Source: Candidatus Woesearchaeota archaeon
GTDB lineage: Archaea; Nanobdellota; Nanobdellia; Woesearchaeales; ARS49
Direction of reading: 5' to 3'
DNA length: 64,000 nucleotides
Assembly: GCA_038891615.1 (NCBI GenBank)
Contig: JAWADY010000002.1
Coordinates: 64,994 to 128,993 of the forward strand
Shown here: positions 48,244 through 57,058 of the stretch, piece by piece
How the letters are laid out: each line of letters starts with the position of its first letter
Position numbering within the stretch: the stretch's first letter is position 1
The notes under the pieces: generated by a model
Database searches by the model: none
What the model saw: the letters and a program-made list of their open reading frames with translations, nothing else
Told to the model about the DNA's origin: nothing
Position numbers and translations under genes: made by a program

Positions 48244-48477
48244 TTAGCGACCCCGCGCCATCTTTGCCCTTGAGATATCTCCCTTTTTGTCAATGAAATA
48301 AAGATAACCTGGCTCTTTTTTGACTCCAACTTTCGCGACAAGCTCAGGCTTTCCTCCACGCCCCTTCCTGCCCCGTGCCATCTTGACCCTACTGACATTT
48401 CCCTTTTTGTCAACAAAATAAAGATATCCTTCTGCTTTTTTGACACCAACTTTTGCAACCTTTTCAGCCATTTTCAA
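48244..48477 (-). CDS. Small basic protein of 77 aa composed of two tandem 35-aa repeats.
   Basis: VAKVGVKKAEGYLYFVDKKGNVSRVKMARGRKGRGGKPEL is followed by VAKVGVKKEPGYLYFIDKKGDISRAKMARGR. The underlying DNA is a tandem repeat of about 105 nt, and the alternative-frame ORF 48183-48458 is its shadow. Confidence 0.45.
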   Translation of the reverse strand: MKMAEKVAKVGVKKAEGYLYFVDKKGNVSRVKMARGRKGRGGKPELVAKVGVKKEPGYLYFIDKKGDISRAKMARGR

Positions 48478-48562
48478 CCCCCTTTAATTTTCTTTTCAAA
48501 TCGACGATAAAAGCGTCTTTGAAGCAAGAAACAGTTCTAGTTTATAAAGTTTGCGTCTTTCT

Positions 48563-48787
48563 TCATCCCTTACTTTTGCGTGCTTTCATTCGTGGTTTTA
48601 GGTGGGCTATTTTGTGCCTCTCTTTTCCAAGGTACCATACAGGTCTCAAAAGCTTCTGAAGTTTTGCAGCAGTTTCGAGAGATTCTGTATACTCTCTAAA
48701 TATTTTCTTTCTACTATGTGGTATAAGTGGTTCTATCTTTTTTGCTTCTGCAAGTGCCAACTCAACGATAGACCTCTTTTTTGCCAT
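48563..48787 (-). CDS. Small basic protein of 74 aa, possibly a nucleic-acid-binding or ribosomal-like protein.
   Basis: Lys/Arg-rich (MAKKRSIVELALAEAKK...KPRMKARKSKG). Intact ORF with a T-rich upstream region. Confidence 0.3.
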   Translation of the reverse strand: MAKKRSIVELALAEAKKIEPLIPHSRKKIFREYTESLETAAKLQKLLRPVWYLGKERHKIAHLKPRMKARKSKG

Positions 48788-48866
48788 TTCCTCAAATCTT
48801 AGCCTTGTATCTTTTGTATAAAAATGCTTCGGCGAAAGGCATTTATATCCTCCAGCCGTTCTTGAG

Positions 48867-50066
48867 GTGGGGAAAATGAAATTTGCACATCTTGCAGACT
48901 GTCATATCGGTGGATGGCGTGAGCCTGTTCTCCGTGAACTGAACAACAGAGCATTTTCAGAAGCTGTTGCGCGATGCCTTGCAGAAAAGGTCGACTTTGT
49001 ACTCATAGCAGGAGACCTTTTTAACACCTCACTGCCTGCACTTGATAGTCTTAGGAGCGCTGTTGCTGGCCTTCGCGAACTGAAGGAAGCTGGAATTCCA
49101 GTTTATGCAGTTCCTGGTAGCCATGACTATAGCCCAAGTGGCAGGACGATTGTTGATGTGCTTGAGAGTGCAGGGTTGCTTGTCAATGTTGTAAACGAAG
49201 AAGCAAATTTTGTCGTAGATAAAAAGACTGGAGCAAAGCTCATAGGACTTCCTGGTTGGAAGGGTGGGCTTGACCAATCACTCTTCTCTTCAATTGACAA
49301 AAGTGCACTTGAGGCTGAAAAAGGTTTCAAGATCTTCCTATTCCACACGACGGTGAAGGAGCTGATAACAAAAGATTTTGAAATGATTCCATCTGTGCCA
49401 GCTTCAGCTTTTCCAGAAGGGTTTGACTATTATGCAGGTGGTCACATTCACATTGTCAGCAGGCACAGGTTTGGGAAGGGGTTTATGGTCTATCCAGGGC
49501 CGCTCTTTCCGAACAACTTTTCAGAGCTTGAGAAGCTGGGAGCGGGAGGATTTTTCGTATATGAAGATGGCAAGCTTGAGCATGTAAGACTCGAGCTCTG
49601 TCCTGTTCGGCCTTTAGTCTTGGATTGCAATCACAAACGGCCAGCTGAGATTTGCCAGGAGATTGCACACAGGATAGACCAGCTTGAGCTTAAAGGGGCC
49701 TTGCTGCTTGTCAGGCTTTATGGAAGCCTGGCTGGGAAATCTACAGAGATTCCTTTTAACGAGTTGTTTGCACGCGCATACGAGAAGGGTGCACTCTTTG
49801 TTCTCAAGAATTCTCATCAGCTCATAAACGAAGAACTTGCAAAGACCGAAACTGTTTCGGGAACTGTTGAGGAAATAGAACAGAGTGTGATTGAAAGCTT
49901 TTCAGGAAAAGGCCCTTTTACAAAGGAAAAAGAACGCCAGCTTCTTGCCGCCATTATGCAGGTGCTTTCTGCTGAAAAAGCCGAGGGTGAAACTACTGTT
50001 GATTTTGAGACAAGACTGAAAAAAGCCGTTGCAGGGGTCTTAGGCATAACACAGGAGGCACACTAA
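48867..50066 (+). CDS. mre11: Mre11/SbcD-like calcineurin-fold DNA repair nuclease.
   Basis: Metallophosphoesterase motifs HLADCHIG, GDLFN, GSHDY, GGHIH. No rad50 gene is adjacent. Confidence 0.6.
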   Translation: MGKMKFAHLADCHIGGWREPVLRELNNRAFSEAVARCLAEKVDFVLIAGDLFNTSLPALDSLRSAVAGLRELKEAGIPVYAVPGSHDYSPSGRTIVDVLESAGLLVNVVNEEANFVVDKKTGAKLIGLPGWKGGLDQSLFSSIDKSALEAEKGFKIFLFHTTVKELITKDFEMIPSVPASAFPEGFDYYAGGHIHIVSRHRFGKGFMVYPGPLFPNNFSELEKLGAGGFFVYEDGKLEHVRLELCPVRPLVLDCNHKRPAEICQEIAHRIDQLELKGALLLVRLYGSLAGKSTEIPFNELFARAYEKGALFVLKNSHQLINEELAKTETVSGTVEEIEQSVIESFSGKGPFTKEKERQLLAAIMQVLSAEKAEGETTVDFETRLKKAVAGVLGITQEAH

Positions 50067-50074
50067 GAAAATTT

Positions 50075-51385
50075 CTATGGGCTTTTTCTAAGCATTGTTC
50101 GTGGAAAGGGTATTGCATCTTTTATGTTGTCAAGTCCACAAATCCACGATATGACGCGCTCGATGCCCATCCCAAATCCAGAATGTGGAACAGAGCCATA
50201 GCGTCTTGTGTCAAAATACCATTCGTAATGTTCTGGATGTTCGCCGCTCTTTTTTAGCGCTTCTTTCATTGCATTGATGTCAAGGTCTCGTTGCGAGCCT
50301 CCAATTATCTCGCCGTACCCTTCAGGCGCGAGCATGTCAAAACAGAGTGCCGTCTTAGGATCTCTTGGGTCTGCTGGCTTATAAAATGCCATTATCTCCT
50401 TTGGATAGTTCGTTACGATGAGAGGCCTGTCAAAATGCTTCATTATTTTGTTCTCTTCAATTGTCCTCAAGTCCTTGCCCCACTGCACTACCAATCCTTC
50501 TTTTTTCTTCAAAAGCTCAAGGACTTGTGTATATGTAAGCCTAGGAAAAGGTGTTTTTACCTTTTTGAGCTTCGACAGTTCTTGCCCAAGCTGTGTTAGT
50601 TCTGAGCTGTTTTCCTTTAACACAGCCTTTACAACGTGCTCAACGAGCTCTTCGGCTTGTTTAATAGCTCCGTCCAAGTCCTGCCACGCTGTTTCGACCT
50701 CTGCCATCCAGAACTCTGCAAGGTGTCTCGAGGTTTTGCTCCGTTCTGCTCTAAAGCATGGACTAATTGTGAATATCTTTTCAAGTCCAAAAATTCCTGC
50801 CTCTGCATAAAGCTGCCAACTTTGAGTAAGGTATGCAATGTCGTCAAAGTATTTTAGCTGGAAAAGGGTTGCTCCCCCTTCGCAAGCAACTGGGGTTATT
50901 ATAGGTGGAGACCATTCGTAGTAGCCTCGCTCATAGAAATAATCTCGTACCGCCTTGAGGATGGTTGAGCGAATCTTAAGGATGTTTGTTAGCTTTCTAC
51001 TTCTTAACCAAAGATGCCTCACATCGAGGAGAAACTCCTGACTAAGATCCTTTGCTATTGGGAATCTCTCTGCAATATGAACAATTTTCAGGTCTGAAAC
51101 TTTTAGCTCGTATCCTGTTGGAGCCCTTTCATCTTTTACAAGCTCGCCCTCAACAATAAGCGAGCTTTCCATTGTTACCTTTTCCGCATTACTGAATAAC
51201 TCCTTTGGCACATTTTCTTTCTTGACAACACATTGTATGATGTTGGAGCTATCTCTTAAAACAATAAACACTTTGTCCGCAAACTTCCTTTCGCGATAGC
51301 ACCAGCCTCTAAGCCTAACCTTTCCTTTACCTTTTTCAAGTGCTTCTTGTATCGAAATAATGCCGTCTTTTTCAGCTACTGCCAT
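50075..51385 (-). CDS. asnS: Asparaginyl-tRNA synthetase (class IIb).
   Basis: SPCFRAERSKTSRHLAEFWMAEVETAW, GGSQRD, YGSVPHSGFGMGIERV are AsnRS-type motif 2/3 variants. Length 436 aa. Confidence 0.75.
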   Translation of the reverse strand: MAVAEKDGIISIQEALEKGKGKVRLRGWCYRERKFADKVFIVLRDSSNIIQCVVKKENVPKELFSNAEKVTMESSLIVEGELVKDERAPTGYELKVSDLKIVHIAERFPIAKDLSQEFLLDVRHLWLRSRKLTNILKIRSTILKAVRDYFYERGYYEWSPPIITPVACEGGATLFQLKYFDDIAYLTQSWQLYAEAGIFGLEKIFTISPCFRAERSKTSRHLAEFWMAEVETAWQDLDGAIKQAEELVEHVVKAVLKENSSELTQLGQELSKLKKVKTPFPRLTYTQVLELLKKKEGLVVQWGKDLRTIEENKIMKHFDRPLIVTNYPKEIMAFYKPADPRDPKTALCFDMLAPEGYGEIIGGSQRDLDINAMKEALKKSGEHPEHYEWYFDTRRYGSVPHSGFGMGIERVISWICGLDNIKDAIPFPRTMLRKSP

Positions 51386-51431
51386 TTTTCCTTTAAATTA
51401 AAGAACTCTTTTAAAGTTTTCCAGTCGTTCG

Positions 51432-52739
51432 TCAGGGCACAACTCGTTCTGGGTCCCTTGGAAATAGCACTCCTTCTCGGATGTTTCCAAGCCCAAGTAT
51501 GTTTTTTACAAGTCTGTCAATGCCAAGCCCGAAACCGCCATGTGGAGGCATGCCATAGCGGAATGCTTCTAGATAAAATGCAAAATCCTTCGGGTCTAGC
51601 CCTTTACCTTTCATCTGCTCAACAAGCTGGATGTAGCGATGTTCGCGTTGCCCTCCTGAAGCAAGCTCCTCTCCACCATACTCGAAGTCAAAGCTCCGTG
51701 ACAGTCCATTCTCTGCCATTATGTAGAAAGGTTTTATCTTGAATGGAAACTTTGTGATAAAGTACGCCTTTGTGCCGTACCTTTTTTTCACAAGTTCTCC
51801 CAAAAGCTTTTCGTCTTCTGCCCCTATGTCCTCGTCTTCTTTTATCTTTGAGCCAGCTTCCTTGAGCATGTCCAAGGCTTCGCTGTACCTTATCCTTGGA
51901 AATGGAAGCTGAGGAGGCTCCAAGTGAATATCAAAAAGGCCCAGCTCACGCGCGAATTCAGATTTTATTTTTCCAATAACAAAAACAAACAACCTTTCAA
52001 GAAGTCTTAGCACATCCTCTTCATCTTTTATGAATGCCATTTCGAGGTCAAAATGCGTGAACTCTGTGAGATGTCTCGTTGTATGCGATTTTTCTGCCCT
52101 AAAGCTTGGCCCTATCTCAAAGACCTTGTCAAAGCCCGAAGCAAGCACAGCCTGTTTGTACAGCTGCTGGCTTTGACTCAGAAAAACTTTTTTGCCATAG
52201 TAATTTACTTGGAAAAGGGTTGCTCCTCCCTCTGCCCCTGCACTTATGAGTTTTGGCGTTTGTATTTCAATAAAACCCTCTGAGTTAAGGAAAGCGCGGA
52301 TTGCAGCATTTAGTCCTGAACGTATTTTAAAAATTGCCAGGTTTTTTCGGTTTCTTAGATCAAGTAGTCTGTTGTCAAGCCTTTTGTCAAGGCCAGTAGG
52401 AATCTTCCCGGAGAAGTCGATTGGAAGCACTGGTTCGCTTTTACTTATTACCTCAAACTTTTCAAGAACAAGCTCTTTTTCTCCAGATTTGAGCTTTGAC
52501 TCAGCCATTTTCCCCTCTGCAACGATTACAGATTCCTTTGGGATCTTTTCAAGCTCAGACATTTTTTCAAAATCTGGAAGAGCTGTTAGCTGAATCTCCC
52601 CTTCCCTATCACGGAGCCTGACAAAAGCAATCTTTCCAATGCGTTTTATGTCAGCCGCCCACCCTGCTACTACAACTCGTGTTCCAGCAGCCTTTTTCAG
52701 CGCCTCGCTTGAATAAATCCTTCTTGCTAGATCTATCAT
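51432..52739 (-). CDS. aspS: Aspartyl-tRNA synthetase (archaeal-type class IIb).
   Basis: SQSQQLYKQ, GPSFRAEKSHTTRHLTEFTHFDLEMAFI, GGQREHRY, PPHGGFGLGIDRL. Length 435 aa. Confidence 0.8.
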   Translation of the reverse strand: MIDLARRIYSSEALKKAAGTRVVVAGWAADIKRIGKIAFVRLRDREGEIQLTALPDFEKMSELEKIPKESVIVAEGKMAESKLKSGEKELVLEKFEVISKSEPVLPIDFSGKIPTGLDKRLDNRLLDLRNRKNLAIFKIRSGLNAAIRAFLNSEGFIEIQTPKLISAGAEGGATLFQVNYYGKKVFLSQSQQLYKQAVLASGFDKVFEIGPSFRAEKSHTTRHLTEFTHFDLEMAFIKDEEDVLRLLERLFVFVIGKIKSEFARELGLFDIHLEPPQLPFPRIRYSEALDMLKEAGSKIKEDEDIGAEDEKLLGELVKKRYGTKAYFITKFPFKIKPFYIMAENGLSRSFDFEYGGEELASGGQREHRYIQLVEQMKGKGLDPKDFAFYLEAFRYGMPPHGGFGLGIDRLVKNILGLGNIREGVLFPRDPERVVP

Positions 52740-53374
52740 TTTTTCCGTCCTCTGCTTCTGCCTTTGAGCCTGAGCTTCAATGCAAGGTCTTCAAGTTTTT
52801 CCAGCCCATATTTCAGGCTATCAAACTTTTTTCTTAAAGGTTGGTTTCTAAAATCAAATAGGGTCAGTTGTTCATGAATCCCTTCAACAAATGCCTTTAT
52901 CTCAAGCGCAGACCTTTCATTGCCTTTTATCACAGAATTTATGGCTTTTCGCACAAGCTCGCCCACCATATCACAAAGTCCTAGAAGATATATATCTATG
53001 TCAACGCCAAGTTCTTTGGGAGAGAAAAGTCGCTTCTCACTCGCCCAGCCATAGTAGCAGGAAGCCTCAACATACTCTTCCAGAGCCTCTGCATAAGCAC
53101 CAATCATTGCAAGATGTTTGTCACCCTTTACAAGGCTTTCTGCCTCTTTTATTCTGCTTTTTGCAACCCTTAGTGCAGCTGCTGCCGAAGCGAGGTCTTC
53201 TCTATGAAGTGCATAAATTGCCTTTTTGCTTTCCTTTAGAATATCTCTTGATTTCTTTATAAGCTCTTCGCGGGCATAATCAAAAGCCTCTAGCTTCTGC
53301 CTCATGAGCTCAAAAGTCTTTTTGTCAATCATTACTGTAGTTTGTGAGCGCAGCCCTTTTAAATCTATTGCCAC
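52736..53374 (-). CDS. Translin-family protein (all-alpha nucleic-acid-binding/RNase-like).
   Basis: AYAEALEEYVEA and DIYLLGLCDMVGELVRKA resemble the conserved translin/TRAX EE and YL-GL-D--GEL-R blocks. Overlaps the aspS start by 4 nt. Confidence 0.5.
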   Translation of the reverse strand: MAIDLKGLRSQTTVMIDKKTFELMRQKLEAFDYAREELIKKSRDILKESKKAIYALHREDLASAAAALRVAKSRIKEAESLVKGDKHLAMIGAYAEALEEYVEASCYYGWASEKRLFSPKELGVDIDIYLLGLCDMVGELVRKAINSVIKGNERSALEIKAFVEGIHEQLTLFDFRNQPLRKKFDSLKYGLEKLEDLALKLRLKGRSRGRKK

Positions 53375-53451
53375 GCACTGCTCTGAAACAAAGAAAAGGT
53401 TTATATACTCTCATTCTTCAAAAAAGCAAAAAAGAGAGGTTAAAAAACCTG

Positions 53452-54003
53452 ATGGCCGCGACTGTTCTTGGAAATGTCATTGAGTTTTTTAATAGAATAG
53501 GAATTTACGATGTCGTGCTACCCTTTCTTCTCGTTTTCACAATTGTTTTTGCAATCTTTGAGAGAACAAAGGTTCTTGGAACAGAAAAGATTGATGGGGA
53601 AGTTGTTACAAAAAAGAACCTTAATGCAATGGCTGCCTTTGTAATTGCATTTTTTGTAGTAGCTTCAGGCCAGGTTGTGGAGACAATCACAAAGGTTTCT
53701 GCAAACATGGTTGTTCTTCTCTTTCTTGTGATATTCTTCCTAATGCTTGTTGGCACACTTTACAAAGAAGGAGAATTTGTTGAAAAGGGACTTGAAGGCT
53801 GGCCAAGAAATGTCTTTATTATAGTTCTTACCCTTGGAATCATTCTTGTTTTCCTAGACGGAATAAAAGCAGCTGACGGTCGGAGTTGGTTACAGGTTGC
53901 AACAGATTACCTTCAGCTGAACTGGTCCTCACCTGCTGTTGCCTCAGTAGTGCTCATCCTTCTCGTCATATTCATAATAAACTGGCTAACAAAGGGTAAG
54001 TAG
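53452..54003 (+). CDS. Integral membrane protein, paralogue 1 of 3 (start trimmed to the internal Met that follows a GAGG site).
   Basis: IGIYDVVLPFLLVFTIVFAIFERTKVLG N-terminal helix and about 4 TM segments. Paralogous to the next two genes. Confidence 0.5.
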   Translation: MAATVLGNVIEFFNRIGIYDVVLPFLLVFTIVFAIFERTKVLGTEKIDGEVVTKKNLNAMAAFVIAFFVVASGQVVETITKVSANMVVLLFLVIFFLMLVGTLYKEGEFVEKGLEGWPRNVFIIVLTLGIILVFLDGIKAADGRSWLQVATDYLQLNWSSPAVASVVLILLVIFIINWLTKGK

Positions 54004-54579
54004 GTGATGCAAATGATTTTTCGGCTTCAATTTGGGCCTTATGGCATAGGTTTTAGGGACCTTTTTTATAGACTGCAGGTTTTGGGCGTGTTTGATGTTC
54101 TGATACCTTTTGTTCTAATCTTCACCATTCTTTATGCAGTCCTTCAGAAAGTAGGAGTGTTCAAAGAGAAGAAGTTCAATATTCTCATCTCGCTTGCAAT
54201 AGCTCTTCTCGTAGTTGTCCCTCATGTTGTTGGAGGCTATCCTGCTGGCTTTGATGTAGTTGAAATCATAAACCGCTCGCTCCCGCAAATAGCCTTCCTC
54301 CTCATAGCTTTTGTTCTTTTTCTCATAATGGTTGGGCTTGTCTGGAAGCCACAGAAGGGAACGGAACTTGTGTTTCAAGGGGCTCTTGTTCCAATCATTG
54401 TTGCGCTTATTCTCTTTTTCATCTTTAGCAGTGCGATTTATCAGCAAGCCATTCCGAACTGGCTTTGGTGGATTCTTGATCCAACCTTGCAGATGTTCGT
54501 TGTGATTTTGCTGATATTCGGGCTTGTTGTGTGGTTTGTGACAAGCGGAGCAAAGGAAGAAAAAGAGGGAAAAGATTAA
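54004..54579 (+). CDS. Integral membrane protein, paralogue 2 of 3.
   Basis: LGVFDVLIPFVLIFTILYAVLQKVGVFKEKK. Same topology and length (191 aa). Starts 1 nt after the previous stop. Confidence 0.5.
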   Translation: MMQMIFRLQFGPYGIGFRDLFYRLQVLGVFDVLIPFVLIFTILYAVLQKVGVFKEKKFNILISLAIALLVVVPHVVGGYPAGFDVVEIINRSLPQIAFLLIAFVLFLIMVGLVWKPQKGTELVFQGALVPIIVALILFFIFSSAIYQQAIPNWLWWILDPTLQMFVVILLIFGLVVWFVTSGAKEEKEGKD

Positions 54580-54594
54580 AAGAGCTAGTGAAAT

Positions 54595-55158
54595 ATGGCA
54601 ACCCTGCTTGACCTAGGCCTTGTGAGAACTTTTGACGCCCTGTTTCCTTTCCTTTTTGTCTTTGTTGTTGTTTATGGCGTCCTAAGCTACACAAAACTTC
54701 TTGGCGAGAACAAAAGTGTACATGCAATAATTGCATTTATACTTGCCATAGCCGCCCTATTCTCCCGCATTGCTCTAAAGACAATAACCCTCATGGCCCC
54801 ATGGTTCGTTATTCTTTTTGTTTTCGCGATATTTGCAATAATGACTTATCAGCTCTTTGGTGTTAAAGAGGAAGAGATATCTGGACTTTGGAAAAAGTGG
54901 ACAGCTGGTGGTAGCACCATCTTCTATTGGTTATTGGCACTCATACTTATGATAGGACTTGGCTCGTTGTTCACTGTCCTGCGCGAAGAAAGGGCACCAC
55001 CTTTTTTCATCCAAAATGCCACTGTTACTCCAGGCATTCCAGAAGCCCGGATTAGCTTTTGGTCAACAGTATTCCATCCAAAAGTTCTTGGAGCCGCACT
55101 TCTTTTCTTGATAGCATTGTTCGCCATAAAGAGCCTCACAGAGCTTCCAAAGAAATAA
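54595..55158 (+). CDS. Integral membrane protein, paralogue 3 of 3.
   Basis: VRTFDALFPFLFVFVVVYGVLSYTKLLGENK. Length 187 aa. Confidence 0.5.
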   Translation: MATLLDLGLVRTFDALFPFLFVFVVVYGVLSYTKLLGENKSVHAIIAFILAIAALFSRIALKTITLMAPWFVILFVFAIFAIMTYQLFGVKEEEISGLWKKWTAGGSTIFYWLLALILMIGLGSLFTVLREERAPPFFIQNATVTPGIPEARISFWSTVFHPKVLGAALLFLIALFAIKSLTELPKK

Positions 55159-55167
55159 CCTTAAATT

Positions 55168-55779
55168 GTGAAAATGGTAGAAATAATAGATCGGTATTCT
55201 CGTTTTGGCAAAAATCTCTTAAAAATCACAAGTTTTGTATTGGGCTACAAGGATGTTTTTTCTTTAGAAAAACTAATCACTCTTATTCACGAGTGGCTCG
55301 TTGAGGAAGGCTATGCAACACGGGATGATGAGAAGTTTGGTGAGGTGTTTTATTTGCAAAAGGACAACCCTGTTGCAGGCAATGAGTACTGGATTCGTTG
55401 GAGGCTTGAGAAAACCCCCTTTCAAACAAAGCTTTGGAAATATCTTCTTGATATCGATATACACGTTCTTGGATTAAAAAAAGTTGAGCTTGTTGCCGGA
55501 GGGAAAAAGCTTGAAGCAGATAAGGGAAAGGTTGAGATTGCTGCAGACTTTGGCTTACTTCTTGACCCACAAAATTTGCTTGAGGCTCCGGTTATTAAAC
55601 CATTTAAAATGCTTGTGCTAAAGGGCTTTCTTAAGGCGCAGTTTTCAAAGCACAAAGAAGCAGTCTTCACTGATGCTCAAAGGCTTCAAGATATGTTAAA
55701 ATCCTATCTCCGTCTTGAGACCTACTTGACTGAAAAAGGGCTTCCGGAATTCCTTGGCAAAAGGCCGGAGGCAAGATAA
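55168..55779 (+). CDS. Soluble hypothetical protein, paralogue A of 3.
   Basis: Shares the blocks HEWLVEEGY...EKFGE and VELVAGGKKLEADKGKVEIAADFGLLLD with the next two ORFs. Confidence 0.45.
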   Translation: MKMVEIIDRYSRFGKNLLKITSFVLGYKDVFSLEKLITLIHEWLVEEGYATRDDEKFGEVFYLQKDNPVAGNEYWIRWRLEKTPFQTKLWKYLLDIDIHVLGLKKVELVAGGKKLEADKGKVEIAADFGLLLDPQNLLEAPVIKPFKMLVLKGFLKAQFSKHKEAVFTDAQRLQDMLKSYLRLETYLTEKGLPEFLGKRPEAR

Positions 55780-56280
55780 ATGGTAGTGAAGATAGACATA
55801 CCAGTTTCAATTATACGCTATGCTGGGCTTTTTCAAAAGGAAAAACTGCTTAGAACAGTTCGTGGCTGGCTTCTTTCAGAGCGCTATCTCTTTAGTGAGC
55901 CAAAGCATAAGTACAGCAGCTCTCCAACTGGTGCAACATTAGAGGTGCGGTTTGAAGGCGATAGAAAGGTAACAAGCTATGTGCGCTTCAAAATTGTTGT
56001 AGATATTCTGATTAATGAAATGAAGGATGTACAAGTTGTCAAGGATGGCATTCAAACAGTCCTTCAAGAAGGAAAAATACTTATCGAAACAAAGGGCACT
56101 TTGGAATTGGATTGGCAAAATCGTTTTGGAGGTTCAAAATTTCTTCAGGGCTTACACGACTTTTATCTAAAGTACATAATAAAGAAAAAAATTGATGAAG
56201 TATGGTGGGGAGCTCTTTATTCCAAAATATTTAAATTGAACTCAGTCATTAGAGAAGCAATAGGCTTTGAAACAGTCTGA
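55780..56280 (+). CDS. Soluble hypothetical protein, paralogue B of 3.
   Basis: RGWLLSERY...KHKY and VVKDGIQTVLQEGKILIETKGTLELDWQNRF. Starts 1 nt after the previous stop. Confidence 0.45.
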   Translation: MVVKIDIPVSIIRYAGLFQKEKLLRTVRGWLLSERYLFSEPKHKYSSSPTGATLEVRFEGDRKVTSYVRFKIVVDILINEMKDVQVVKDGIQTVLQEGKILIETKGTLELDWQNRFGGSKFLQGLHDFYLKYIIKKKIDEVWWGALYSKIFKLNSVIREAIGFETV

Positions 56281-56806
56281 GGTCGCTCTGATGCCAGAAC
56301 GCGAGACAATTGTTGACAAAGAACGGTTAGAGTATGAAGGACCATTTGAGCTTTCTGCTTTTTATCAGCTTCTCCAGAGCACAATTGCTGAGCTTGGTTA
56401 TGGCGTAAGGGAAAGAAAGCATTCCGAAGCGGTTTCGAAGGAAGGAAAGCTAATCTATCTTGAGCTAGAGTGTAGAAAGGTGCTATCAGAGGACTATGCT
56501 AGAGCTCTTATTCTGCTAAATGTTCAGCTTATAAATGTCAAAGACATCGTTGTTGAGGGCAAAAAATATCAGACAGGAAAGATTAGCATTGTTCTTGATG
56601 GCATCCTTGAAACAGACTATGAAGGAAGATGGGAGGAAAAGCCGCTTCTTCTCTTTCTCAGGACTCTTTATGACAAATTTATTTTTAAAACAATAACTGG
56701 TGGATACGATAGAATAATCCGAGAAGATGCAAATAGGCTGAAAGACATTGTCAGTGCATTCTTTAACATTTCTGCCTTTAGGGTGCCTCAACGTGCCTCT
56801 GCCTAA
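56267..56806 (+). CDS. Soluble hypothetical protein, paralogue C of 3. The true start may be the ATG at 56291.
   Basis: IAELGYGVRERKHSE and VVEGKKYQTGKISIVLDGILETDYEGRWE. Confidence 0.45.
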   Translation: MKQSEVALMPERETIVDKERLEYEGPFELSAFYQLLQSTIAELGYGVRERKHSEAVSKEGKLIYLELECRKVLSEDYARALILLNVQLINVKDIVVEGKKYQTGKISIVLDGILETDYEGRWEEKPLLLFLRTLYDKFIFKTITGGYDRIIREDANRLKDIVSAFFNISAFRVPQRASA

Positions 56807-56875
56807 ACTCTTGGAAATGTTTTTAAACAGTTGTTTTAGAAAGCTATTCTGAGATAGAGCTGCCTAAAAGCTGAC

Positions 56876-56959
56876 GCCTCCGTAGCTCAGTAGTGGAGCG
56901 ACTGCCTTGTATCTGTGCAAGAAAGCAGTAGGTCAGGGGTGCGAATCCCCTCGGAGGCT
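56876..56959 (+). tRNA. tRNA-Thr (anticodon TGT) with a 12-nt intron at the canonical 37/38 position.
   Basis: Acceptor GCCTCCG/CGGAGGC, D-arm GCTC-AGTAGTG-GAGC, and anticodon stem ACTGC/GCAGT enclosing 19 nt (loop CTTGTA + intron tctgtgcaagaa + A). Intron CAAG pairs with exon CTTG to give a bulge-helix-bulge-like structure. T-arm AGGGG-TGCGAAT-CCCCT. Confidence 0.7.
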
Positions 56960-57058
56960 TCATTCTTATTTAACCAGCCGCAGGAAAACTTCATATTCTC
57001 TTTAAGCTTTGCTAAGCTTTCAAAATGTTTATATAACAAAAGAGGTGCTCAATATTTT

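Noticed and set aside
48244-48477. Possible CRISPR array, considered because of the repeated 105-nt unit.
   Set aside because: There are only two copies, the units are directly adjacent without spacers, and they maintain an open reading frame. There are no cas genes.
56915-57058. N-terminal 48-codon extension of tmk in the ORF track.
   Set aside because: The extension runs through the tRNA-Thr gene. The conserved P-loop begins right after the internal Met at 57059, which has its own TATA box.
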